From: Eledone cirrhosa
Taxonomy: Eukaryota
Assembly: GCA_964016885.1 (NCBI GenBank)
Contig: OZ024746.1
Span: forward strand, 31,124,001 to 31,188,000
DNA: 64,000 nt
Direction: 5' to 3'
The notes below the pieces were generated by a model that was given only the letters and a program-made list of their open reading frames with translations, made no database searches and had not been told where the DNA came from. The first letter of the stretch is position 1; the number at the start of each line of letters is the position of its first letter. Made by a program: the position numbers and the translations under genes. Positions 23,092-38,000 of this stretch are shown here, piece after piece.

Positions 23092-26000
23092 CCACCACCA
23101 CCACCACCACCTCCATCTATATCAAAACCCCGCCACCACCTCCATCTATATCAAAACCCTACCACCACCACCACCTCCATCTATATCAAAACCCTACCAC
23201 CACCACCACCTCCATCTATATCAAAACCCTACCACCACCACCACCGCCTCCATCTATATCAAAACCCTACCACCACCACCGCCGCCATCTATATCAAAAC
23301 CCTACCACCACCACCGCCTCCATCTATATCAAAACCCTACCACCACCACCACCTCCATCTATATCAAAACCCTACCACCACCACCGCCTCCATCTATATC
23401 AAAACCCTACCACCACCCCCGCCTCCATCTATATCAAAACCCTACCACCACCACCACCTCCATCTATATCAAAACCTTACCACCACCACCACCTCCATCT
23501 ATATCAAAACCCTACCACCACCACCACCTCCATCTATATCAAAACCTTACCACCACCACCTCCATCTCTATCAAAACCCTACCACCACCACCACCGCCTC
23601 CATCTATATCAAAACCCTACCACCACCGCCTCCATCTCTATCAAAACCCTACCACCACCACCGCCTCCATCTATATCAAAACCCTACCACCACCACCGCC
23701 TCCATCTATATCAAAACCCTACCACCACCACCACCGCCTCCATCTCTATCAAAACCCTACCACCACCACCACCGCCTCCATCTATATCAAAACCCTACCA
23801 CCACCACCGCTGCCATCTCTATCAAAACCCTATCACCACCACCACCTCCATCTATATCAAAACCCTATCACCACCACCACCTCCATCTATATCAAAACCC
23901 TATCACCACCACCACCTCCATCTATATCAAAACCCTACCACCACCACCACCGCCTCCATCTATATCAAAACCCTACCACCACCACCGCCTCCATCTATAT
24001 CAAAACCCTACCACCGCCACCGCCTCCATCTATATCAAAACCCTACCACCACCACCACCACCGCCTCCATCTCTATCAAAACCCTACCACCACCACCACC
24101 ACCGCCTCCATCTCTATCAAAACCCTACCACCACCACCGCCTCCATCTATATCAAAACCCTACCACCACCACCACCTCCATCTATATCAAAACCCTACCA
24201 CCACCACCGCCTCCATCTATATCAAAACCCTACCACCACCACCGCCGCCATCTATATCAAAACCCTACCACCACCACCGCCTCCATCTATATCAAAACCC
24301 TACCACCACCACCGCCGCCATCTATATCAAAACCCTACCACCACCACCGCCTCCATCTATATCAAAACTCTACCACCACCGCCACCGCCTCCATCTCTAT
24401 CAAAACCCTACCACCACCACCACCCCCATCTATATCAAAACCCTACCACCACCACCACCACCGCCTCCATCTCTATCAAAACCCTACCACCACCACCGCC
24501 TCCATCTCTATCAAAACCCTACCACCACCACCGCCGCCATCTATATCAAAACCCTACCACCACCACCGCCTCCATCTATATCAAAACCCTACCACCACCA
24601 CCACCTCCATCTATATCAAAACCCTACCACCACCACCGCCTCCATCTCTATCAAAACCCTACCACCACCACCGCCGCCATCTATATCAAAACCCTACCAC
24701 CACCACCACCTCCATCTCTATCAAAACCCTACCACCACCACCACCGCCGCCATCTATATCAAAACCCTACCACCACCACCGCCTCCATCTATATCAAAAC
24801 CCTACCACCACCACCACCTCCATCTATATCAAAACCCTACCACCACCACCACCTCCATCTCTATCAAAACCCTACCACCACCACCACCGCCGCCATCTAT
24901 ATCAAAACCCTACCACCACCACCGCCTCCATCTATATCAAAACCCTACCACCACCACCACCTCCATCTATATCAAAACCCTACCACCACCACCGCCTCCA
25001 TCTATATCAAAACCCTACCACCACCACCACCGCCTCCATCTCTATCAAAACCCTACCACCACCACCACCGCCTCCATCTATATCAAAACCCTACCACCAC
25101 CACCGCTGCCATCTCTATCAAAACCCTACCACCACCACCACCACCTCCATCTATATCAAAACCCTACCACCACCACCGCTGCCATCTCTATCAAAACCCT
25201 ACCACCACCACCACCGCCTCCATCTCTATCAAAACCCTACCACCACCACCACCACCTCCATCTATATCAAAACCCTACCACCACCACCGCTGCCATCTCT
25301 ATCAAAACCCTACCACCACCACCACCGCCTCCATCTATATCAAAACCCTACCACCACCACCGCCTCCATCTCTATCAAAACCCTACCACCACCACCGCCT
25401 CCATCTATATCAAAACCATACCACCACCACCACCGCCTCCATCTCTATCAAAACCCTACCACCACCACCGCCTCCATCTCTATCAAAACCCTACCACCAC
25501 CACCACCGCCTCCATCTATATCAAAACCCTACCACCACCGCCACCTCCATCTATATCAAAACCCTACCACCACCACCACCGCCTCCATCTATATCAAAAC
25601 CCTACCACCACCACCACCGCCTCCACCTCTATCAAAACCCTACCACCACCACCGCCTCCATCTATATCAAAACCCTACCACCACCGCCACCTCCATCTAT
25701 ATCAAAACCCTACCACCACCACCACCACCGCCTCCATCTATATCAAAACCCTACCACCACCACCACCGCCTCCATCTCTATCAAAACCCTACCACCACCA
25801 CCACCGCCTCCATCTCTATCAAAACCCTACCACCACCACCACCGCCTCCATCTCTATCAAAACACTACCACCACCACCGCCTCCATCTCTATCAAAACCC
25901 TACCACCACCACCGCCTCCATCTCTATCAAAACCCTACCACCACCACCACCACCTCCATCTCTATCAAAACCCTACCACCACCACCGCCTCCATCTATAT

Positions 26001-27140
26001 CAAAACCCTACCACCACCACCGCCTCCATCTCTATCAAAACCCTACCACCACCACCGCCTCCATCTATATCAAAACCCTACCACCGCCACCGCCGCCATC
26101 TATATCAAAACCCAACCACCACCACCACCACCTCCATCTATATCAAAACCCTACCACCACCGCCATCTCTATCAAAACCCTACCACCACCACCACCTCCA
26201 TCTCTATCAAAACCCTATCACCACCACCACCTCCATCTCTATCAAAACCCTACCACCACCACCACCGCCTCCATCTCTATCAAAACCCTACCACCACCGC
26301 CTCCATCTCTATCAAAACCCTACCACCACCACCACCTCCATCTCTATCAAAACCCTACCACCACCACCACCTCCATCTCTATCAAAACCCTACCACCACC
26401 ACCACCACCTCCATCTCTATCAAAACCCTACCACCACCACCACCGCCTCCATCTCTATCAAAACCCTACCACCACCACCACCTCCATCTCTATCAAAACC
26501 CTACCACCACCACCACCACCTCCATCTCTATCAAAACCCTACCACCACCACCACCTCCATCTCTATCATAACCCTACCACCACCACCACCGCCTCCATCT
26601 CTATCAAAACCCTACCACCACCACCACCTCCATCTCTATCATAACCCTACCACCACCACCACCGCCTCCATCTCTATCAAAACCCTACCACCACCACCAC
26701 CTCCATCTCTATCAAAACCCTATCACCACCACCATCTCTATCAAAACCCTACCACCACCACCGCCTCCATCTATATCAAAACCCTATCACCACCACCACC
26801 TCCATCTCTATCAAAACCCTACCACCACCACCACCACCGCCTCCATCTCTATCAAAACCCTACCACCACCACCACCTCCATCTATATCAAAACCCTACCA
26901 CCACCACCGCCTCCACCTCTATCAAAACCCTACCACCACCACCACCGCCTCCATCTCTATCAAAACCCTACCACCACCACCACCACCGCCTCCATCTCTA
27001 TCAAAACCCTACCACCACCACCGCCTCCATCTATATCAAAACCCTACCACCACCACCGCCTCCATCTATATCAAAAGCCTACCACCACCACCGTAGCCAT
27101 CTCTATCAAAACCCCACCACCCCCGCCTCCACCTATATCA
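23092..27140. repeat. ~35-bp variable minisatellite, CCATCT(A/C)TATCAAAACCCTA(CCA)nCC(G/A)CCT, ~4 kb
   Basis: Constant 20-bp core with a variable number of CCA triplets. Confidence 0.97.
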
Positions 27141-27254
27141 GAAGTCAAGTTACAACAATTCCATGTTTTTATCTCAACATAATAATGGTTTCTTTATTTA
27201 TTTATTTAATGAGCAGTTTTATACACAATGGAAATGGACTTTTAGTTTGACTGA

Positions 27255-27865
27255 CTGTCTATATGTGTGAGTGTGTGTATGTCTATGTGTGTGCGTGTGT
27301 GTGTGTGTGTATGTCTGCTTGTGTGTGTATGTGTGTATGTATATGTCTGTATGTGTGTGTAAGTCTATATGTCTGTCTATATGTGTGTGTATGTCTATGT
27401 TTCTATATGTGTATATGTCTGTGTCTATATGTGTATATGTCTGTGTGTCTGTATGTCTATGTGTCTATATGTGTATATGTCTGTGTGTGTGTATGTCTAT
27501 GTGTCTATATGTGTATATGTCTGTGTGTGTATGTCTATGTGTCTATATGAGTATATGTCTGTCTGTGTGTGTGTATGTGTCTATGTGTCTGTCTGTGTGT
27601 ATATATATTTGTGTTTGTGTGTGTATATATGTCTATCTGTCAACGGGTGTGTGTGTGTGTCTGTGTGTATGTATGTCTATGTTTGTCTGTAAGTCTGTGT
27701 GTGTCTGTCTCTGTCAATGTCAATGTCAATGTCCTATCCCTGTCTATATCTGCGTGTATATGTGTCTATCTGTTTATGTGTATATGTATGTCTGTGTTTG
27801 TATATATGTATGTGTGTATGTATGTATGTATGTATGTATGTGTCTATCTCTGTATATATCTGTGT
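27255..27865. repeat. degenerate TG/TA/TC low-complexity tract
   Basis: Direct reading. Confidence 0.9.
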
Positions 27866-28011
27866 GGGAGTTGCATGTACATGCTTGTTTCTCTCTCTCC
27901 CCCTCCCTCACTCTACCATTTGTTCCTCACTCACATTTTTGTACTATCGTCTCACATCTCCCTCTGGCTTTCTATTTTGATGTATCTGGCTTGTGTCTAC
28001 ACACACACAAT

Positions 28012-28047
<36 letters not shown>

Positions 28048-28263
28048 ATTACACACACACACACACACGTATATATCCCCCCCCCCTATATATATGTGTG
28101 TGTGTGTGTGTGTACTGACACCCACACATACATGCATATATGTATGAACTCATAACCACCACATGAAACTTACCACCGCCACCACTCCCCCCCCCCTCAA
28201 ATTTATTTATTTATTGTCTGCTCTCCCTCCCACATGAATGGTAAAGTCCAGTTCAGTTGAAAC

Positions 28264-30905
28264 TAGATCAGAATCTCTGGTACTGGGACATAGACATACA
28301 CTTCTGGTGAAGAATTACCATTAAGATGGTATGATGGTGCCACAGATTAGATCAGAATCTCTGGTACTGGGACATAGACATACACCTCTGGTGAAGAATT
28401 ACCATTAAGATGGTATGATGGTGCCACAGATTAGATCAGAATCTCTCATACTGGGACATAGACATACACTTCTGGTGAAGAATTACCATTAAGATGGTAT
28501 GATGGTGCCACAGATTAGATCAGAATCTCTGATACTGGGACATAGGCATACACTTCTGGTGAAGAATTACCATTAAGATGGTATGATGGTGCCACAGATT
28601 AGACCAGAATCTCTGATACTGGGACATAGGCATACACTTCTGGTGAAGAATTACCATTAAGATGGTATGATGGTGCCACAGATTAGACCAGAATCTCTGA
28701 TACTGGGACATAGGCATACACTTCTGGTGAAGAATTACCATTAAGATGGTATGATGGTGCCACAGATTAGATCAGAATCTCTCATACTGGGACATAGACA
28801 TACACTTGTGGTGAAGAATTACCATTAAGATGGTATGATGGTGCCACAGATTAGATCAGAATCTCTCATACTGGGACATAGACATACACTTCTGGTGAAG
28901 AATTACCATTAAGATGGTATGATGGTGCCACAGATTAGATCAGAATCTCTCATACTAGGACATAGATATACACTTCTGGTGAAGAATTACCATTAAGATG
29001 GTATGATGGTGCCACAGATTAGATCAGAATCTCTGGTACTGGGACATAGGCATACACTTCTGGTGAAGAATTACCATTAAGATGGTATGATGGTGCCACA
29101 GATTAGATCAGAATCTCTCGTACTAGGACATAGACATACACTTCTGGTGAAGAATTACCATTAAGATGGTATGATGGTGCCACAGATTAGATCAGAATCT
29201 CTGGTACTGGGACATAGGCATACACCTCTGGTGAAGAATTACCATTAAGATGGTATGATGGTGCCACAGATTAGATCAGAATCTCTGGTACTGGGACATA
29301 GACATACACTTCTGGTGAAGAATTACCATTAAGATGGTATGATGGTGCCACAGATTAGATCAGAATCTCTGGTACTGGGACATAGGCATACACCTCTGGT
29401 GAAGAATTACCATTAAGATGGTATGATGGTGCCACAGATTAGATCAGAATCTCTGGTACTAGGACATAGGCATACACTTCTGGTGAAGAATTACCATTAA
29501 GATGGTATGATGGTGCCACAGATTAGATCAGAATCTCTGGTACTAGGACATAGATATACACCTCTGGTGAAGAATTACCATTAAGATGGTATGATGGTGC
29601 CACAGATTAGATCAGAATCTCTGGTACTAGGACATAGATATACAGTTCTGGTGAAGAATTACCATTAAGATGGAGGCACATGGCTTAGTGGTTAGAGCAT
29701 TGGCCTTGCAATCAAAAGGTTGCGAGTTCAATTCTCAGACCGTGTGATGTGTTGTTTCCTTGAGCAAGACACTTTATTTCACATTGCTCCAGTTTACTCA
29801 GCTGTAGAAATGAGATGATAGGGACCTCAGTCCCTATCATTCCACTGCAAAGTGGTCGTGGAGGTGCCACGGCAAAAAAGCACCCAGCACTCACTGTAAA
29901 TGAGGTTGGTGTTAGGAAGGGCATCCAGCTGTAGAAATCAAGCCAGAATCAGTTCTCGTCCCACCCTTGCAAGCAGGGAAAAAGTGGACGTAAAATGAAA
30001 TGATGAAATGATGATGATGATGGTGCCACAGATTAGATCAGAATCTCTGGTATTAGGACATAGACATACACTTCTGGTGAAGAATTACCATTAAGATGGT
30101 ATGATGGTGCCACAGATTAGATCAGAATCTCTGGTACTGGGACATAGACATACACTTCTGGTGAAGAATTACCATTAAGATGGTATGATGGTGCCACAGA
30201 TTAGATCAGAATCTCTGGTACTGGGACATAGACATACACTTCTGGTGAAGAATTACCATTAAGATGGTATGATGGTGCCACAGATTAGATCAGAATCTCT
30301 GGTACTGGGACATAGACATACACTTCTGGTGAAGAATTACCATTAAGATGGTATGATGGTGCCACAGATTAGATCAGAATCTCTGGTACTGGGACATAGA
30401 CATACACCTCTGGTGAAGAATTACCATTAAGATGGTATGATGGTGCCACAGATTAGATCAGAATCTCTGGTACTAGGACATAGACATACACTTCTGGTGA
30501 AGAATTACCATTAAGATGGTATGATGGTGCCACAGATTAGATCAGAATCTCTGGTACTAGGACAGACTTCTGGTGAAGAATTACCATTAAGATGGTATGA
30601 TGGTGCTACAGATTAGATCAGAATCTCTGGTACTAGGATACAGAGATACACTTCTGGTTAAGAATTACCAGTGTTAGAATGGTAGAGTGGTATTATAGAA
30701 TAGATCAGAATGTCTGGTACTGGGACACAGAGATACACTTTTGATGGAGCATTACCATTAGAATGGTATAGTGGTGCCACAGATATATTCTCTTGGTAGA
30801 ATGGTAAAGTGGTATCACAGATATATACTATTGTTTTGGTAGAAAGATAGAGTGGTGCCACAGATATATACCATTTTGTTGGTTGAATGGAAGAGTGGTG
30901 CCACT
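28264..30905. repeat. 84-bp minisatellite (~25 copies, degenerate right edge), interrupted by a SINE
   Basis: Unit GATCAGAATCTCTGGTACTGGGACATAGACATACACTTCTGGTGAAGAATTACCATTAAGATGGTATGATGGTGCCACAGATTA; 420-bp line periodicity = 5 units. Confidence 0.97.
29672..30021 (+). mobile_element. full-length tRNA-derived SINE with CORE-like central domain and RTE-derived 3' tail
   Basis: A box TGGCTTAGTGG 29681-29691; B box GAGTTCAATTC 29724-29734; CCTTGAGCAAGACACTT...CAGTTTACTCAGCTGTAGAAATG resembles the MIR CORE; tail shared with RTE 3'UTR; (GAT)n end. Confidence 0.9.
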
Positions 30906-30984
30906 ATAAACAACAACAGCAACAATATGGTAAATCCGTCTTCAGAGAGAGAAACTAAATTTATGTTCCACAAGAATAACAATA

Positions 30985-31176
30985 ATAAATGTTTCTACTT
31001 TTAGCACAAGGCCATCAATTATCCCAGTGCATTACTGGTACTTTATTTTATCAACCCCGTAAGGATGAAAGGCAAAGTCAACCTCGGCGGGATTTGAACT
31101 CAGATCGTAAAGGGACGTAACTATGCTGGAAAGCATGGCGTCCGACCCTCTACCGATACTGCCAATCCACCGCCCA
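30985..31176 (-). mobile_element. tRNA-derived SINE, second family (central domain resembling Meta-type SINEs)
   Basis: Minus strand GGCGGTGGATTGGCAG...GAGTTCAAATCCCGCCGAGGTTGACTTTGCCTTTCATCC...GATAAAATAAAGTACCAG; (AAT)n-like flanks. Confidence 0.8.
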
Positions 31177-31571
31177 GAACAATAATAATCCACTCAGAAC
31201 AATAATAATAATAATAAAAAACATCAATATTAAAATAGATTCTTTAAATTAACATTTTTTCTCTCTTTCTACCAGTTACCAATATTCTGTCCTCCAGACA
31301 TAGAACTTTTGAATTGATTTGCTTCTTTTTAGCAATACAAAGAATGGGGAGTGTGAGGTGGGGGTAAAATTTGTAGAGCACCAGACTAGATGTCATATGA
31401 GTCAACAAACAAACCATTATGTGGTCAATCTATCTAAGTTTGCTAGAAATAGCAGCTAGATGCTTCCACATACCATATTCTATAGTCTTAGAACAAGGAT
31501 ACATTAGATAAACGTTTTCTTAAGTAGGATCCACACACACAATTTGGGGACTGTGCAAGGTAAGATGTCTT

Positions 31572-31700
31572 TTAACCCTTTCATTACCATATTTCTAATG
31601 AAAGACACTGCCTATAATTTTCAAATAATTTTGAAAATAATTAAGAATTTGGAGAGATTTAATAATATAACTTTCTCATTATTAAGTTAGTTCTTAGAAC
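31572..31700. mobile_element. piggyBac-type MITE left-end fragment
   Basis: TTAACCCTTTCATTACCATATTTCTAATGAAAGACACTGCC...; homologous to ~62688-62797. Confidence 0.6.
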
Positions 31701-31737
31701 AAGGTTTTTAGATAAACATAAACTATCGCCGTAATCC

Positions 31738-31992
31738 AACAGCTATGCTACCACCTTAACCACAGCTACACTACCACCATAACCACACAGCTACACTACC
31801 ACCATAACCACACAGCCATACTACCACCTTAAGCACAGCTATACTACCACCTTAACCACAGCTATACTACCACCTTACCCACAGCCATACTACCACCTTA
31901 AGCACAGCTATACTACCACCTTAACCACAGCCATACTACCACCTTAACCACAGCTATATAACCACCTTAACCACATCTATACTACCACCTCT
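31738..31992. repeat. 23-25-bp minisatellite CACAGCTATACTACCACCTTAAC
   Basis: About 10 copies. Confidence 0.93.
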
Positions 31993-32094
31993 ACTGGCAG
32001 AAATGACAATGTTTGCAGTTGTCAAAGAGAAAAGATATTTTATGATTTAGCAATCTCTCACTTGTCAAAACTACATTCCATATTGACAGCTTGT

Positions 32095-35000
32095 CATCAC
32101 CATCACCACCACTGCCATCACCATCATTGTCACCATTACTACCACTGTCCTTACCATCAATACCACTGCCCTTACCATCAATACCACTGTCATTGTCACC
32201 ACTGCCCTTACCATCAATACCACTGTCATTGTCACCACTGTCATTGTCACCACTGTCATTACCATCAATACCACTGCCCTTACCATGAATACCATTGTCA
32301 TTGTCACCACTGTCCTTACCACCAATACCACTGTCATTGTCCCCACTGTCCTTACCATCAATACCACTGCCATTGTCCCCACTGCCCTTACCATCAATAC
32401 CACTGTCATTGTCCCCACTGCCCTTACCATCAATACCACTGTCATTGTCCCCACTGCCCTTACCATCAATACCACTGCCATTGTCCCCACTGCCCTTACC
32501 ATCAATACCACTGTCATTGTCCCCACTGCCCTTACCATCAATACCACTGCCATTGTCCCCACTGCCCTTACCATCAATACCACTGCCATTGTCCCCACTG
32601 CCCTTACCATCAATACCACTGTCATTGTCCCCACTGCCCTTACCATCAATACCACTGTCATTGTCCCCACTGCCCTTACCATCAATACCACTGCCATTGT
32701 CACCACTGCCATTGTCCCCACTGCCCTTACCATCAATACCACTGTCATTGTCCCCACTGCCCTTACCATCTATACCACTGTCATTGTCCCCACTGTCCTT
32801 ACCATCAATACCACTGCCATTGTCCCCACTGTCCTTACCATCAATACCACTGTCATTGTCACCACTGTCCTTACCATCACTACCACTGTCATTGTCACCA
32901 CTGTCCTTACCATCAATACCACTGTCATTGTCCCCACTGTCCTTACCATCAATACCACTGCCATTGTCCCCACTGTCCTTACCATCAATACCACTGTCAT
33001 TGTCACCACTGTCCTTACCATCAATACCACTGTCATTGTCCCCACTGTCCTTACCATCAATACCACTGCCATTGTCACCACTGTCCTTACCATCAATACC
33101 AGTGTCATTGTCACCACTGTCCTTACCATCAATACCAGTGTCATTGTCACCACTGTCCTTACCATCAATACCACTGTCATTGTCCCCACTGTCCTTACCA
33201 TCAATACCACTGCCATTGTCCCCACTGTCCTTACCATCAATACCACTGCCATTGTCCCCACGGTCCTTACCATCAATACCACTGTCATTGTCACCACTGT
33301 CCTTACCATCAATACCACTGTCATTGTCACCACTGTCCTTACCATCAATACCACTGTCATTGTCACCACTGTCCTTACCATCAATACCACTGCCATTGTC
33401 ATCACTGTCCTTACCATCAATACCAGTGTCATTGTCACCACTGTCCTTACCATCAATACCAGTGTCATTGTCACCACTGTCCTTACCATCAATACCAGTG
33501 TCATTGTCCCCACTGTCCTTACCATCAATACCACTGCCATTGTCACCACTGTCCTTACCATCAATACCAGTGTCATTGTCACCACTGTCCTTACCATCAA
33601 TACCAGTGTCATTGTCACCACTGTCCTTACCATCAATACCAGTGTCATTGTCACCACTGTCCTTACCATCAATACCACTGTCATTGTCACCACTGTCCTT
33701 ACCATCAATACCACTGTCCTTACCATCAATACCAGTGTCATTGTCACCACTGTCCTTACCATCAATACCAGTGTCATTGTCACCACTGTCCTTACCATCA
33801 ATACCACTGTCATTGTCACCACTGTCCTTACCATCAATACCACTGTCATTGTCACCACTGTCCTTACCATCAATACCACTGTCATTGTCACCACTGTCCT
33901 TACCATCACTACCACTGTCATTGTCCTTACCATCAATACCACTGTCATTGTCACCACTGTCATTGTCCCCACTGTCCTTACCATCACTACCACTGTCATT
34001 GTCATTACCATCAATACCACTGTCATTGTCACCACTGTCCTTACCATCAATACCACTGTGATTGTCCCCACTGTCCTTACCATCAATACCACTGTCATTG
34101 TCCCCACTGTCCTTACCATCAATACCACTGTCATTGTCACCACTGTCCTTACCATCAATACCAGTGTCATTGTCACCACTGTCCTTACCATCAATACCAG
34201 TGTCATTGTCACCACTGTCCTTACCATCAATACCAGTGTCATTGTCACCACTGTCCTTACCATCAATACCACTGTCATTGTCCCCACTGTCCTTACCATC
34301 AATACCACTGTCATTGTCCCCACTGTCCTTACCATCAATACCACTGTCATTGTCACCACTGTCCTTACCATCAATACCACTGCCATTGTCCCCACGGTCC
34401 TTACCATCACTACCACTGCCATTGTCCCCACTGTCCTTACCATCAATACCACTGTCATTGTCCCCACTGTCCTTACCATCAATACCACTGCCATTGTCCC
34501 CACTGTCCTTACCATCAATACCACTGCCATTGTCCCCACTGTCCTTACCATCAATACCACTGTCATTGTCACCACTGTCCTTACCATCAATACCACTGTC
34601 ATTGTCCCCACTGTCCTTACCATCACTACCACTGCCATTGTCACCACTGTCCTTACCATCAATACCACTGTCATTGTCCCCACTGTCCTTACCATCAATA
34701 CCACTGCCATTGTCCCCACTGTCCTTACCATCAATACCACTGCCATTGTCCCCACTGTCCTTACCATCACTACCACTGCCATTGTCCCCACTGTCCTTAC
34801 CATCAATACCACTGTCATTGTCCCCACTGTCCTTACCATCAATACCACTGCCATTGTCCCCACTGTCCTTACCATCAATACCACTGCCATTGTCCCCACT
34901 GTCCTTACCATCAATACCACTGTCATTGTCACCACTGTCCTTACCATCAATACCACTGTCATTGTCCCCACTGTCCTTACCATCAATACCACTGTCATTG

Positions 35001-38000
35001 TCACCACTGTCCTTACCATCAATACCACTGTCATTGTCCCCACTGTCCTTACCATCAATACCACTGTCATTGTCACCACTGTCCTTACCATCAATACCAC
35101 TGTCATTGTCCCCACTGTCCTTACCATCAATACCACTGTCATTGTCACCACTGTCCTTACCATCAATACCACTGTCATTGTCCCCACTGTCCTTACCATC
35201 AATACCACTGTCATTGTCCCCACTGTCCTTACCATCAATACCACTGTCATTGTCACCACTGTCCTTACCATCAATACCACTGCCATTGTCACCACTGTCC
35301 TTACCATCAATACCAGTGTCATTGTCACCACTGTCCTTACCATCAATACCAGTGTCATTGTCACCACTGTCCTTACCATCAATACCAGTGTCATTGTCAC
35401 CACTGTCCTTACCATCAATACCACTGTCATTGTCACCACTGTCCTTACCATCAATACCACTGTCCTTACCATCAATACCAGTGTCATTGTCACCACTGTC
35501 CTTACCATCAATACCAGTGTCATTGTCACCACTGTCCTTACCATCAATACCACTGTCATTGTCACCACTGTCCTTACCATCAATACCACTGTCATTGTCA
35601 CCACTGTCCTTACCATCAATACCACTGTCATTGTCACCACTGTCCTTACCATCACTACCACTGTCATTGTCCTTACCATCAATACCACTGTCATTGTCAC
35701 CACTGTCATTGTCCCCACTGTCCTTACCATCACTACCACTGTCATTGTCATTACCATCAATACCACTGTCATTGTCACCACTGTCCTTACCATCAATACC
35801 ACTGTGATTGTCCCCACTGTCCTTACCATCAATACCACTGTCATTGTCCCCACTGTCCTTACCATCAATACCACTGTCATTGTCACCACTGTCCTTACCA
35901 TCAATACCAGTGTCATTGTCACCACTGTCCTTACCATCAATACCAGTGTCATTGTCACCACTGTCCTTACCATCAATACCAGTGTCATTGTCACCACTGT
36001 CCTTACCATCAATACCACTGTCATTGTCCCCACTGTCCTTACCATCAATACCACTGTCCTTACCATCAATACCACTGTCATTGTCCCCACTGTCCTTACC
36101 ATCAATACCACTGTCATTGTCACCACTGTCCTTACCATCAATACCACTGCCATTGTCCCCACGGTCCTTACCATCACTACCACTGCCATTGTCCCCACTG
36201 TCCTTACCATCAATACCACTGTCATTGTCCCCACTGTCCTTACCATCAATACCACTGCCATTGTCCCCACTGTCCTTACCATCAATACCACTGCCATTGT
36301 CCCCACTGTCCTTACCATCAATACCACTGTCATTGTCACCACTGTCCTTACCATCAATACCACTGTCATTGTCCCCACTGTCCTTACCATCACTACCACT
36401 GCCATTGTCACCACTGTCCTTACCATCAATACCACTGTCATTGTCCCCACTGTCCTTACCATCAATACCACTGCCATTGTCCCCACTGTCCTTACCATCA
36501 ATACCACTGCCATTGTCCCCACTGTCCTTACCATCACTACCACTGCCATTGTCCCCACTGTCCTTACCATCAATACCACTGTCATTGTCCCCACTGTCCT
36601 TACCATCAATACCACTGCCATTGTCCCCACTGTCCTTACCATCAATACCACTGCCATTGTCCCCACTGTCCTTACCATCAATACCACTGTCATTGTCACC
36701 ACTGTCCTTACCATCAATACCACTGTCATTGTCCCCACTGTCCTTACCATCAATACCACTGTCATTGTCACCACTGTCCTTACCATCAATACCACTGTCA
36801 TTGTCCCCACTGTCCTTACCATCAATACCACTGTCATTGTCACCACTGTCCTTACCATCAATACCACTGTCATTGTCCCCACTGTCCTTACCATCAATAC
36901 CACTGTCATTGTCACCACTGTCCTTACCATCAATACCACTGTCATTGTCCCCACTGTCCTTACCATCAATACCACTGTCATTGTCCCCACTGTCCTTACC
37001 ATCAATACCACTGTCATTGTCACCACTGTCCTTACCATCACTACCACTGTCATTGTCCCCACTATCCTTACCATCAATACCACTGTCATTGTCCCCACTG
37101 TCCTTACCATCACTACCACTGTCATTGTCACCACTGTCATTGCCCCCACTGTCCTTACCATCAATACCACTGTCATTGTCCCCACTGTCCTTACCATCAC
37201 TACCACTGTCATTGTCCCCACTATCCTTACCATCAATACCACTGTCATTGTCCCCACTGTCCTTACCATCACTACCACTGTCATTGTCACCACTGTCATT
37301 GTCCCCACTGTCCTTATCATCAATACCACTGTCATTGTCCCCACTGTCCTTACCATCAATACCACTGTCATTGTCCCCACTGTCCTTACCATCACTACCA
37401 CTGCCATTGTCCCCACTGTCCTTACCATCAATACCACTGTCATTGTCCCCACTGCCCTTACCATCAATACCACTGTCATTGTCCCCACTGCCCTTACCAT
37501 CAATACCACTGTCATTGTCACCACTGTCCTTACCATCATTACCACTGTCATTGTCCCCACTGTCCTTACCATCAATACCACTGTCATTGTCCCCACTGTC
37601 CTTACCATCATTACCACTGTCATTGTCACCACTGTCATTACCATCAATACCACTGTCATTGTCCCCACTGTCCTTACCATCAATACCACTGTCATTGTCC
37701 CCAATGTCCTTACCATCATTACCACTGTCATTGTCACCACTGTCCTTACCATCAATACCACTGTCATTGTCCCCACTGTCCTTACCATCAATACCACTGT
37801 CATTGTCCCCACTGTCCTTACCATCAATACCAATGTCATTGTCACCACTGTCCTTACCATCAATACCACTGTCATTGTCCCCACTGTCCTTACCATCAAT
37901 ACCACTGTCATTGTCACCACTGTCATTGTCACCACTGTCCTTACCATCACTACCACTGCCATTGTCCCCACTGTCCTTACCATCAATACCACTGTCATTG

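Noticed and set aside
23027-26644. 1205-aa extensin-like ORF
   Set aside because: Starts in an RTE (GAT)n tail and cycles through all three frames of a 35-bp repeat
23092-27140. CRISPR-like constant repeat with variable spacers
   Set aside because: Spacers are only (CCA)n length variants; no cas genes; eukaryotic context
29672-29745. Functional tRNA gene
   Set aside because: A and B boxes present, but no proper acceptor stem or terminator; continues into the SINE body
28264-30660. CRISPR array or coding repeat
   Set aside because: Whole 84-bp units are near-identical with no unique spacers; stops interrupt the frames
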